From assembly GCF_000142905.1 (NCBI RefSeq), contig NW_013657662.1:248001-312000 (forward strand): a stretch of 64,000 nucleotides of DNA, in the 5' to 3' direction. This DNA comes from Thecamonas trahens ATCC 50062. Lineage: Eukaryota > Protista > Apusomonadida. A program made the position numbers and the translations under genes. Position 1 is the first letter of the stretch, and every line of letters starts with the position of its first letter. Positions 37,795-49,277 of the stretch are shown here, piece by piece. The notes beneath the pieces were generated by a model that was not told the DNA's origin, searched no databases, and saw only the letters and a program-made list of their open reading frames with translations.

Positions 37795-38831
37795 ATGTCG
37801 GGTACAGGCGAGTCGGTCTATAATCTCATTCCAACCGAGACATACCAGCCTCCAGCGGCTCCGCGCTATGTCTCCCGCCACAGCAGTAAGTGAAAGATAT
37901 AGGGGGGAAGGGGAAGGGGGGGGGGGAGGGGAGGCGACGGAGGCGATTGAGGCAACGGCTGGCGGGCTGGGCTGCCCCTTGGACTGCTGGGGTCTACACT
38001 TCGCGGCTGGCTACGGACAGCACCAGGATACCTACACATGCACACACCGCACGCACATGCTCACACGTAGTACCGAGGTGTTGGTTGCCATGGGGGTTGT
38101 GTGGGCGGTGCACTACAGAGACGGTCAAGGCAGATTTCAAGCGCAAGGTCGGCGTGGCCAGAGTTGGCGACTCGACACTGATCGGCGTCAAGCAGGGCGT
38201 GCCGCAGGTGAGACACTCCAGGATCAAATCACATGCGACGATTGGTGAGGCCAAGACGCCGCTGCGCAAGCCGACCAACTTTCTGCGTGCGCACGAGAAG
38301 GAGCCTGTTGTTGCTCCGCCGTCGCCGTACAACTACCCAGACGGCCGTGGACGGACGGGCCCCCTGCGGCGGCCGCCTGTTCCGGCGCCGTCGGACTCAC
38401 CCAAGCTCGGGACGGTGACAACCAAGAACTTTGTCACCGCCAACGCCGTTGAGGCTATTCTCGCCGTCCCGCCGGCACCGCGCGACGCCGGTGCAGTCCG
38501 CTACTCCACCAAGCCCGAGTACGGCAGGGTGCCCGAGTATCTGGAGACCGTCAAGGCCGAGGTCGACGCCGAGTACCGCTACGTCGCCGGTATGCAGGAT
38601 GCAGGCGTTCCGCGCCCGGCCGCCTCAGTCTCGCTCCTCGACCCTGCCGAGATCGACGAGCTTCGCACAGGTCTGCAGGCCAAGTGGGACGCGCTCAACG
38701 CCCGCTACCAAAAGATCATCCATGCCGATACCATCCAGCAAGTTGCCCGCAAGGAGGCGCTCGAGGCCGAGATGGACGCCGTCGAGGCCGATCTCGCCGC
38801 CCTCTCGGCCGAGTTTGTCTTTGTCCAATGA
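37795..38831 (+). CDS. ENKUR: Enkurin (ciliary microtubule inner protein); exons 37795-37885, 38119-38831
   Basis: ESVYNLIP..PRYVS, PTNFLRAHEKEP, KNFVTANA, YGRVPEYL and a coiled-coil end. Intron is GTAAGT...TACAG. Confidence 0.9.
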
Positions 38832-38995
38832 CCGACCAGCTGCCCTAACCTGCGCCATGCCGAGAAAAAATCAATAACAATTCAGCCAAAACGGCTCCAT
38901 CCCCCCCCCCCCCCCCCCTTCCCCTCCCCTCCCTGTCCCACCCTGTCACCCCCCCCCCCCCCCCGTCACTTCTCGTCTCCACCCTGTCCTTACCC

Positions 38996-41900
38996 ATGCC
39001 GCGACATTGGCTGTCGTGGGTGGCGGTGGTCTTGCTTGTAGCAAGAACAGCTTTTGGTGAGGAGGTTTTCGTGGACCCTGCTTACTCCGGTGCAAGCCGA
39101 GACGGAACAATGGGTGCACCATGGAGGAGTTTGGCCGAGGCCGCGGCTGTCGCCGTCTCGGGTGACGTTCTGCGCCTGGCCGGGGGCCTGTATGACGGCA
39201 TAGACAACAGAGGCATAGAACTGGCCGTCAACATCACCCTCACCGGCCCGCCACCATCTCCGCTATGTCCAGACTCGGTCTTTACCGCTCTGGCAGAGGC
39301 CCTGGTCGCCAGGGCGCCGAACCGACCGGTTGCCCTCGCCGTACCGCCGAGCGGGCAATTTCACGGCTCGTGGGCAGAGCCGGGTGACGGCAGCGCGCCT
39401 GCCTTTGCTTCCCGCCACCTAGAGTTCCCGCCAAGTGGCGCAGAGATCCCGTTGCCGAGCGTTACAGACGTCATGGCCGCAGTAGGTATTGATGCCTCGT
39501 GCGTCCCCATTCTTGACGGCGGCGGCGTCACCCGCGTGCTTGCCTTCAGCCTCGACTCGACTTCGTCCGACCCGCAGTCGTCGTGGGTCCATGTCGGTCT
39601 CCACAGGCTTGTCATCTCGGACGGCTCGGCTGAAAGCCGTGGCGGGGCGCTGTACATCGGAAAGGCGACGGTCGCTGACCTTACGGACGTTGTCCTCTAT
39701 AACTCGACCGCGGGAAACCTCGGCGGAGGCGCGTACATTGGCTCGCGAGTCGGCACAGTCCGCGGGCTCTCTGCTGTGTGGTGCACAGCTGAGCGCGGCG
39801 GAGGACTCGGAATCGGATTTATGGGTCGCCCTGTGGTGCTCTCACAACTGTTGGTAGCGTACAACGCTGCTGCCACCGTCGGCGGTGGGCTGTTCTCGGT
39901 CTGCACCACGCTCCAACTGGAAGACGCGACGCTGATCGGCAACTTGGCAACGGTCGGCGGTGGCATGTTCGCCAACCAGGCTCACACCTATCCGTTTGAA
40001 GTGGCCGTCGCTGTTCTCGACTCGCGGTTTGAGCGCAACATCGCCCGTCTTGCCGGTGGCGGGCTGGTTGTCTCGGACGAGGCTGCCCACGACTCGGCGT
40101 CGACCGCAAGTCTCCTCCGAGTGGTGTTTGTCAACAACCGGGTGGAAGGCCCAATGAGCGAGGATGAGGAGGCCGAGATGAATGGAATGGCCATTCTCGG
40201 CCTCGACACAAACTTTGTGGGTGGCGGAGCACTGTTCGGCCTCTCGGTCTCGCACCTGGATGTGAGCGCGTCCACCTTTGAGAGCAACAGCGCTACGTCT
40301 CACACTTCTTCGATTGCGTTTGGTGGGGCTGTCGTCCTCAAGTCGACGCAAGGCGCCCGTTTCTCGTCGGTCGAGCTGGCCTCAAACTCGGTCCGCGGCG
40401 GCACGTTCTGCCGCCAAGGCGGCTCGTTTTCGCTCCACAATTCCGTGGTTGTCTTTACCAACGTGACCGTCACCAACTCGCTGGCTGACCCGATCCATGC
40501 CCGCATGACCTCGTCGGAGCACGAGTACCCGGGTGTATCATGGGGCGGCGCTTTGTACGCACAATCCTCGGACGTCTCGATCTCAGCGAGTGTCTTTGTT
40601 GACAACACCGCGCGGGGCTGGTCCGTCACCGCCGCTGGCGCTTTGTTCATCGACCTCAAGACCCGGCTGGTTTTGACCGATTCTAGACTCGAGAGGAACA
40701 GCGTTGTCTCGTACCAAACCGGCTTTGCCGAGCACGAGAGTCTGCTCCGCTCTGATCCCGAGCTCTCGCCGGTCGTCCTTTTGCCAACTTGCCCGACGAC
40801 GGCACGTCGCCAACGAGGCCCAAGACCAAAGTCTACAAGGCTGCGCTTGTGCAGATGATGAAGGCGACCAAGGACCACGGGCTCTGCACAGGTGGCGCCA
40901 TCCACGCCCGCGGTGATGCCAACCTGGATATCTCGCGCTGTGTGCTCTCTGGCAATGCAGCACTTACTTCTGGTGGCGCCATCGATGCACTCCTCACCCG
41001 ACGCATTGTGCTCACCGATGTGACTATGGAGCACAACCGCGCGCTGGCTGGCGGTGCGGTGGCGCTCTCGTCGTCCACGATCTCGCTCACATCTTGTCTG
41101 CTGAAGCAAAATACGGCGTGGCTCCGCGGCGGTGGCATGTATGGCGACGCCTCGTCGCACATCACCGTCACGACGTCGCGGATCGAGACGAACGGTGCGG
41201 CTTTCGGCGGCGCCATCCACGCACTCCCGCCGGGAAGCGTCCACATTTCGGGCAACACACTTCAGCTCGGCAACGAGCCGGTCTTCTGCGAGCCGTACGG
41301 CATCGAGCCTGTCGGTGTGCTCCCGGACACCGCGACGCCGTCATCATACCTCCACCCGCGGCCGACCTTCCGCATCGTCGATTTGCTGGGCCGGACTGTC
41401 GCCCACGACGACGAGACCTCGCTGGTCATCATCCCGAGGGAATCCATGTCAGGCACGGGTGCGCTCTCGCGATCGTCGTCGGTCTTCCTCGCTAACAACA
41501 TTGCCGCCGCTACCTCGGGTGTGGCGCACTTTAGCGACGTCACCATCGAAGGTCGGGTAGGCTCTGTCGCCGAGCTCGTGGCCGTTGCACCCGAGCTCGA
41601 GACTCGGACCGCGTTTTTCTTTGACGTCAACCTCACCTCATGCTTGCCAGGCTTCCACCATGTTGGCAGCTCTGAGTGCCAGGCGTGCCCGTCGGGGAGT
41701 TACAATCTCGACGGCGGTGAGTGCAAGCCATGTCCTGCGCATGCGCAGTGCCTGGGTGGCAACACGCTTGTTACACCGATTCCAGGCTGGTGGCGGGCGT
41801 CACCTTCCTCTGTCTCGATGTTTCGGTGCTTCCCGGGCGCGTGCGCCGGCGGTGACAGTTGTGCAGACGATCGTGTTCCGTCATCGAGGCTGTGCGGCAC

Positions 41901-44136
41901 TTGCATCGACACCTTTAGTCACTTTGGCAACTTGTGCACCAAGTGCCTTTTCTCCCCCGTGGTCTCAGCAAGTGTGGCTGCGCTCAGCTGTGTTGCCTTT
42001 GCAGTATTCTCCACCGCGCTCCGTGGCTCGCGCTCGCCGGCACTTGTTGTCTGCGTCCACACCTTCCAGGTCATGCACATCATGATGCTCGACACACAGG
42101 CCTTTGACAACTCGCGGTTTTTCTCGCTCCTCTCGTACCCGCGGCTCGCAGCGTGCATTGGCGTCGGGGACTACTACCGAACGTTTGTGGCGCGAGTGAT
42201 CTTCATGTCGATGCCAGTCCTGCTCGCCCCGCTTCTCTATGGTGTGGCACGCGGCCTCCAGCGCGTCACCTCGTGGCGGTGGCTGGCGAGCTTTGTCCAC
42301 TGGCGTTACTTTGTGTTTGGCTGCGCCAACATGCTGCTACTCCTCTACATTCCGCTGGTCGACGGCGGGCTGTCGCACTTTTCGTGCCGCGAGGTCGGCT
42401 CGGTCTGGCTCCTCAACAGCAACGTCTCGGTCGAGTGCTTCACCGACTTGTGGTGGCGGTACGCCACTGTGGCGGGCATATTGGCTCTTTTTGTCGGCAT
42501 CGGTTGGCCGGTCCTCATGTTGTGGCTCATCTACCAGACAACCATCTTGGACAAGACGCCTTCATCAGCGTACGCCTGGCTCCGGCGGCCACCGTCCGAA
42601 GCCACGCTCGGGCTGAGCCTCCGCAACGCGTTTGGCGTCTTTTTTTCGCGAGACTTTGAAACGCCGTTCCGGCTCTGGCTAGTTGTGTGGCTGGCGCAAA
42701 AGCTGGTCCTTGTTATCATTTCGGTCTCGCTGCGGCATGCGGACCTGGCCGTTACCCGCTCGTTTGTACTCTGCCTTGTCTCGCTCGGTATGCTCCTCGT
42801 CCAGACCTTGTTGACCCCGTGGCGGACGACCCGGACCAACGCCATGGTCCTGTTCTCGCTCGGCGCCCAGACGGTCGGCGCCATATTTGCCCTGGCGGCG
42901 TCTGCCGTCGAGGCCGACACTCTGTATGCGCTATTTGTCTCGGTCATCGTCCTCGTCTTTTTGGTTGTAGGCGTCCTCGTCGCGCTACGCCTTGCTGTTG
43001 TCCTCCGCAGCCGGCCCAGCATCCGTGACACTACTCTCAATCCGCACGGCGTCTCTCATCTCCCCGACCGGTCGGTTGGCGAGGCCACCGCGAGTGCTGG
43101 AGGCATCAACGCTGGTGCCGAGCTTTCTGACGGTGGCGCCAAGCATGTGGCAATCTCGTTTTCGGCGTCGGCCATGTTCGACTCGTCTCTCGGCCTACCC
43201 AACTTGGGCGTGTCTGGGCCGTTGTCGCAAGCAGCTGTCCAGACCAACCCCGCCTTGATTGCATCGCAGTCGGCTCGTGTAATTCCGAGTCAGCAGCCGC
43301 CAGACGGCGGCAGCGGCTCGTTTGCCTCGTACTCGGGCTCTCCAAGCGCTGCCGCCGGAGGTGGCAGCATGCTGCTTGATTCAGGCCCCGGCATCCACCT
43401 CGCGCCAGTCCCCGAGGTCCCGTTACACTCGAGCCTTGGCCCCTGCTCCACTTCGTCAATCCAGTTTGGTTCGCTCAACGACCTATTCACCTACGCGAGG
43501 CGGGCTGCTGCCGCCGATGAGCCGACTCGATCCGCCGCGGTGGCGTTGCTGCAGGCCACCGCCGCCGATGCGCCTGTTCCGCTCGCCGATCTTGCTGTCT
43601 TTGCCGACAGCCGTGCCGCTGCCGATGCCGCCCTTAGCGCCTCGAACGTCCTGCACGAAGCCGCTCTTACCGTACCCGCTTCAGGATCTGCTGGTCTCAT
43701 CACCTCCGACTCGTCGGAGAGGCTTGACGACTCATCGTCGAACGCCGTCTCCACGGTGGCTGTCGCCGCCGCTGGCGTTGACCACTGCAGGTCTGGCAAG
43801 TTGCGCGGTATGTCCTCGCCGCCAACAATCCATCAGCGGCCTAGTGAGGTCAGCTCATCGTCGTCGTCACTGATTTCAGCGTCGTCCTCGTCGTCGTCGT
43901 CGTCAACCCCGTTGCGTGACTCGGTGAGCTCGGTCTGTCCCCACTCGTCGTCGACCCTCTGCCGCCAGGTATTGGGCACGGTCGATGGCAGCGAACCGCC
44001 AAGGCCCGACATGCCGCCCGCCCAGCCAAGACGACCGACCAAGACGCGGCGCCAGCCCCGTCGCTCGCACTCGGAGACCGACTGTGGTAGATCCAACACG
44101 TCGACTAGAGGAGCTTCCTCCAACGATGAGCGGTGA
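38996..44136 (+). CDS. Large receptor-like membrane protein: signal peptide, Pmp-like beta-helix (GGA[IL]/FxxN repeats), Cys-rich region, multipass TM, Ser-rich tail; apparent frameshift at ~40780
   Basis: Many N.A..GG[AG][ILM] repeats in both ORFs. One added T joins them (VVLFANLPDD). Confidence 0.8.
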
Positions 44137-44355
44137 TATTTTTGGGTGTATGAGCAGCAAGTGAACTTCTTGCTCGTTGTGCACAAGCGTGGCCTGGTAC
44201 TGCAAGTTTCCAACACGTCATGCGGCCTTGGGCCACACTCCCCCCCCCCCCCCCCCCGCCCTCCCCTCCCCTCCCCTCCCACCCTCACCCACCACACTCA
44301 TTTTCCATCGCGCTCGGCTGCTCCCCCTTCACCACCCCCTCCTACAATCCCTCTC

Positions 44356-45204
44356 ATGCTTCGTGCCAGCCTCTCTACGGTCCTCGCCCGCTTGCCGGCG
44401 GTCGGCTCTGCTGCGGCAACAACGGCAGCCCGCGGCTACTCGGGCGTGGTGTCCGAGACCGACACGCGCGGAGTGACGACGGTGACACTCAACAAGCCTG
44501 CGGTTCACAATGCGTTTGATGCCGAACTCTCGGGTGCGCTCCGTGCCGAGTTCAACCGCCTCGCCCAGTGCGAGGAGACCCGGGTGGTCGTCCTCCGCGG
44601 CGCCGGCAAGTCGTTCTCGGCTGGCGCCGACCTCGAGTACATGAAGGCCATGGGCGCCAACGACGAGGCTGCCAACTACAAGGACGCGCTGGAGCTGGCG
44701 GACATGATGCGCTCGCTCCGGTTCCTGCCCAAGCCGACGCTCGCTCTCGTCCACGGTGCCACCTTTGGCGGCGGCGTCGGACTTGTTGCCGCCTGTGACG
44801 TCGCCTTTGGCACCGAGCGCGCCTCATTCTGTTTCTCAGAGGTCAAGCTCGGCCTCATCCCGGCCGTCATCTCACCGTACTGTGTGGCCGCGCTCGGCGA
44901 GCGGGCTGCAGGCCGCTACTTTATCTCGGCAGAGGTGTTCAAGGGCAAGAAGGCCCATGAGCTTGGCCTGCTTCATGAGGTCTACGAGTCGGACGAGGCC
45001 ATGAACCACGCAGCCGATGCCTTTATCGATCACTTGCTCGGCAACGGCTCGCAGGCTATGGCGGCCGCCAAGCAGCTCCTCCACACCATCCGCGGTCAGC
45101 CCATCGACACTCCGCTCATCGAGGAGACCTCGCGCGCAATCGCCGCCCAGCGCGTCTCGCCCGAGGCCCAAGCTCGCCTCGCCGCCTTCCTCAAGGGCAA
45201 GTAA
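44356..45204 (+). CDS. Mitochondrial enoyl-CoA hydratase family protein (methylglutaconyl-CoA hydratase-like)
   Basis: Transit peptide, FSAGADL, GGGVGLVAACD, FSEVKLGLIPAVISPY. Confidence 0.92.
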   Translation: MLRASLSTVLARLPAVGSAAATTAARGYSGVVSETDTRGVTTVTLNKPAVHNAFDAELSGALRAEFNRLAQCEETRVVVLRGAGKSFSAGADLEYMKAMGANDEAANYKDALELADMMRSLRFLPKPTLALVHGATFGGGVGLVAACDVAFGTERASFCFSEVKLGLIPAVISPYCVAALGERAAGRYFISAEVFKGKKAHELGLLHEVYESDEAMNHAADAFIDHLLGNGSQAMAAAKQLLHTIRGQPIDTPLIEETSRAIAAQRVSPEAQARLAAFLKGK

Positions 45205-45249
45205 GCGCGTAAACGCGTGACTCCACCTCACCCTCACTCGCTCGCAAGC

Positions 45250-45960
45250 TCAGGGCGCCACAAGATCGTCGAGAATGGGCGAGACCTCGTCCCATTGGCC
45301 AAAGATGGGGGCGTATTGAAAGAGCGCTGCGGCGGCGTGGTCAAAGTAGCCAGCGACGTCGCCGCCGGCCTCGGCAACCTCGTCCATTCCGACTCTCACT
45401 GCAGCCATGATTCTCTCGATGATCGGTCGTGTGTAAAAGTGGGTGCCGGGCTCGAGTTGGTAAAAGGCATCGGGCCCGATGTCGACGCCGCAGCCGGCGA
45501 GCGTCGACTTTGCGAAGACTGTGTTGGATCGCGAGCGATCGAGCTCAATCGCTTCCGGCCCGATGCCCTCGACAAGCTTGAACTTGGGCTTGACATTACA
45601 ACGGGCCTTGTTTGCGTACAGCGGCAGCGTGTCGGCAGCATCCATGCCCGGCGGCGGGTGGCCAAAGCGCGGGAAGCGGACAATGACATCGGTCGACGGC
45701 TCGCGCGAGTCGAGCCACTCGAGATAGGACATACCATGACTTGCCATTGATGCACACATCGGACACTGGATCTCGTCGTACATGCTCCGGGCGCATCGGT
45801 TGGTGTGGATCTCCGCAACGTGTGCCTCCTCGGCCTTGCGCTTGCCCTTGCCGCGGAAGGCAGCCGGGGCGTACGAGGCCACCACCGGCAGAAAGTACGA
45901 CCCGCAGAACAAGCACTGCGCCAGACACGCCAACTGCACCACTTGCGCTCCGGCCGACAT
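45250..45960 (-). CDS. Hypothetical protein, Cys-rich N-half
   Basis: 236-aa ORF with good start context and CxxC motifs. No family recognised. Confidence 0.6.
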   Translation of the reverse strand: MSAGAQVVQLACLAQCLFCGSYFLPVVASYAPAAFRGKGKRKAEEAHVAEIHTNRCARSMYDEIQCPMCASMASHGMSYLEWLDSREPSTDVIVRFPRFGHPPPGMDAADTLPLYANKARCNVKPKFKLVEGIGPEAIELDRSRSNTVFAKSTLAGCGVDIGPDAFYQLEPGTHFYTRPIIERIMAAVRVGMDEVAEAGGDVAGYFDHAAAALFQYAPIFGQWDEVSPILDDLVAP

Positions 45961-46404
45961 GGTGGAATCGCAGTGTCAGACGTGTGGCGAGCTGACTTTG
46001 CCCAAGGTGCGGTCTCAACTGTGTCCATCGCGCAGCTTCGCGAAGCAGGCCACTCTCCCCCGGAACCCCCCCCCCTTCCTTCGGCCGTGCAGCGCCTGAG
46101 CCCCTCGAAAGTACCATGATGGACAGGATCGAGACTGTCTAAGAGCGCACCATGTTGCACACGTACTACTGGGGCTGGTATCAAGCCTAACGTATCAGCG
46201 CGGGTGCGGGCGGTGGCGGTGTGGGCAGGGGGGGGAGGGGGGGGGGAGGGGAGGGCGGGGGAGGCGGGTCTCCGTGGCATCCAACCCGTTTCTGCCGAGC
46301 TTTGCTGATTTGCCATGTGGGCAGCAGCCACAGGCAACGCAGACCCATACACGCAACTACAGCCACCACCACCACCACCACCACCACCACCACACACCCT
46401 CCTC

Positions 46405-46494
46405 TACCCCTACCCCTACCCCTACCCCTACCCCTACCCCTACCCCTACCCCTACCCCTACCCCTACCCCTACCCCTACCCCTACCCCTACCCC
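46405..46494 (+). repeat. (TACCCC)15 hexamer repeat, preceded by (ACC)n
   Basis: Perfect tandem array. Confidence 0.97.
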
Positions 46495-46521
46495 TCCCAC
46501 CTCCCCCTCCGTCCGCTCGCC

Positions 46522-47535
46522 ATGGCAGCTATCGGCCGGCCGTCCAAGAAGCTCTCGCTCAAGCTGGCGGTGGAGGAGCAGCCGGCAGACCTGTTCTGTG
46601 TCCGGTTCTCCGAGGACAACCAGCTGGTGGCCGCAGGATGTGGCGATGGTGTGACCCGAGTGTACACCCTCACTGGTCGGCTCGCCTTTAATCTCAACGC
46701 GGACAAGGCTCACGGCACGTTCCCAGTCACCTGCCTCCGCTTCCGGCCCAACCTAGGCGGCTCGTCGCGGGCCCGCAACATGGTCATTGCCGCATCGTCC
46801 GACGGGTCGGTCCGCCATTGGCACCTCTCCACCCAAAAGTGTCTTCACACCATCGTCGAGGAGGGCAACGAGGTGTACGCCCTCGACTACGCCCCGGACG
46901 CATCGGCGTTTGCCACCGCAGGCAGAGACCACACCATCCGCCTCTACGACGAGGCCACAAAGGAGATCAAGTCCAAGATGGAGGGCGCCGGCGACGGCCA
47001 CTCGAACAGGGTCTTCTCGCTCAAGTTCAAGGCCGACGATCCTGACATCGTGCTCTCCGGCGGCTGGGACAACACCGTCCAGATCTGGGATGCCCGCGTC
47101 GGCTCGGTCGTCCGATCCATCTACGGCCCGCACGTCTGCGGCGATGCCATCGACCTTGCTGGCGACAAGATCTTGACTGGCTCGTGGCGCGAGGAGGATC
47201 AGCTCCAGCTGTGGGACTACGGCTCGGGCGAGCTGCTCGACACCCTACCCTGGTCCGCAGACGACGAGGCGCCTCCGTGCTTCATCTACGCCGCCCAGTT
47301 CTCGGCAGACGGTCGCTTTGTTGCCGCAGGCGGCTCGGGCGCCAACGAAGCCAAGGTCTTTGTCACAGATACCCACCAGGTCATCGGCCACGTTGACTCG
47401 ATGGAGAAGGGTGTCTTCAGCATCGCATTTTCCCCTAACGACCAGTATGTTGGCATCGGCTCGGGCGACAACGCACTCCGTGTCATGGAGCTCAAGGACA
47501 CCGTCTCGCGCCCGCCTGTCGCCAGCACGTACTAA
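46522..47535 (+). CDS. WD40-repeat protein
   Basis: GHSNRVFSLKF..SGGWDNTVQIWD and about 7 blades. Confidence 0.9.
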   Translation: MAAIGRPSKKLSLKLAVEEQPADLFCVRFSEDNQLVAAGCGDGVTRVYTLTGRLAFNLNADKAHGTFPVTCLRFRPNLGGSSRARNMVIAASSDGSVRHWHLSTQKCLHTIVEEGNEVYALDYAPDASAFATAGRDHTIRLYDEATKEIKSKMEGAGDGHSNRVFSLKFKADDPDIVLSGGWDNTVQIWDARVGSVVRSIYGPHVCGDAIDLAGDKILTGSWREEDQLQLWDYGSGELLDTLPWSADDEAPPCFIYAAQFSADGRFVAAGGSGANEAKVFVTDTHQVIGHVDSMEKGVFSIAFSPNDQYVGIGSGDNALRVMELKDTVSRPPVASTY

Positions 47536-47703
47536 ACCCCTTGATCCTCGTTCCCCTGCTGTTGTCAATAGTTGCCATCGTGGATTGCTGTTGTCGCAGT
47601 CGACGCCGACGTTGTCAGTACCGCAGGTTGAGGCAAGCCCGCCGGCCGCGACCCAGCAACCGCACAGCGACGCTGACCGTCTCTCACTTCACTTTTTTCG
47701 GCC

Positions 47704-48980
47704 ATGTACACTCGATTGGTGCGCCTGGCTATGGTGCTTGTAGCCACAGTGGCAGCAGCGATATTGGTCGAGGGATTGGCCTTGGGTAGGCAGGTGCCTG
47801 TGGTCGGTGCTGGTGGTCCCGAGGCCGTGGGTGAGGTGGTCTTTGCCTGGAAGGCGCTCAACTACTCCAACATGCCGGCCGGAGTGGCTTACGACCCTGC
47901 GGCGTGCATGCTCGCGGGAGTCAAGGTCTCCATGGACGGATCGTACTTTGTCTCGGTGCCGCGATGGAAGCCACACGTCCCAGCTACCCTCGCCCGACTC
48001 GATACTTCGGTCGCCCCGCCGCTCCTCACTCCATTTCCATCGTGGGAAGGCAACTCGCTGGACAACCCGCGCGGCTTGCGTTCGGTCCTTGGCTTTGAGA
48101 TCGACGCCACCAACACGCTCTGGGCCCTTGATCAGGGCAAGGTAGCCAACGCCGCTCGCCCGCCGGTGGCATCAAGCTCGTCGGCTATGACGTCGCCACG
48201 GGCAAAGTTGTGTTCTTCCTTGTCTTTGGCCCTGAACTCGCCTCACCCTCTCGCTCTTTCCTCAACGACCTTGTTGTCGACCGCGCCCACGGCTACATCT
48301 ACATCTCTGACTCAGGCATTCCCATTGATCCGCAGCAGCAAGTACTTGGCGGCCTGTTGGTCGTTGACATTGCTTCCGTCAAGGCAACACGGGTGCTCTC
48401 GGGCGCTCCGTCGGTCCAGGACTCGCCGCTGTGGATCACCATCAACGGCGACAAGGTCCTCGCCACCACGCGCATGCGGACCGGAGCCGATGGCATTGCG
48501 CTCACTCACGATCTCGAAACTGTTGTCTTCTGCCCGCTCACATCTCATCACTACGCCATGCTCCCGGCCTCAGTCCTCCGCGCCGTCGCCAACGGAACCG
48601 CCCCGCCCGCCGCTGTCGACGCCGCCGTTGTCCCGCTCGGCGATCGCGGCTTTGCCTCGGACGGCCTTGGTTTCTCCAACGTCAGCGCCCTCTTCCTCAC
48701 GTCGCTCGAGGGCTCAGGCATCTTTTCCGCCGTCTCGCCCGGCGCGCCCATCACCAAGCTCTGGGCAGACGCCAAGGCCTCGGTCTGGCCCGACACCATC
48801 GGCTGGGACCACACCGGCAACATCGTGTGGACTTCGAACCAGTTGTACAAGTACATGGAGGGCGTGCTCGACTACTCGGAGATCAACTTTCGCATCTACC
48901 GCGCCATGGTTGGCATGGACTCGTACCTTGCCGGCATCTTCCCGCCATCGTCTACCGACCATCCGCGCCATCATGACTAA
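47704..48980 (+). CDS. Secreted yellow/major royal jelly protein (MRJP) family beta-propeller; apparent frameshift at ~48155
   Basis: FVSVPRW..VPATL, PFPSW, LWALDQG, KLVGYD, FLNDLVVD..YISDSG, GADGIAL, WPDT, SNQL. Confidence 0.88.
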
Positions 48981-48984
48981 CAGG

Positions 48985-49074
48985 CGCGCCGTTGTTCCGC
49001 GACGCGTCGTGGTAACTCGAGCGCCCCCACATTGATCCAGACCCCGGTTCCAGGCCTCAGCAAAGTGCTGATCC
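48985..49074 (+). repeat. Direct repeat copy 1 (~90 bp), a non-coding duplicate of methyltransferase CDS
   Basis: Matches 50383-50470 with about 6 differences. Confidence 0.92.
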
Positions 49075-49277
49075 TGATCAAACCCCCTCCCCCCCCTAAC
49101 ACACACCATCAAGATGTCCTGGCTGTTCGCTGGCTTTGCTCCCTTTCGCCCGTCGACACTCAACAAGTCACGCGCCACTTCTTGCTCCACCGCACTCAAC
49201 TCACCTCCCCCACCCACACACCCTACCCACACCCACACACCCACCCTTCCAACCACCACACACATACCACACCGGGC

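Noticed and set aside
46315-46521. (PY)n N-terminal extension of the WD40 ORF
   Set aside because: Translation of the TACCCC repeat. A better start is GCC-ATG at 46522.
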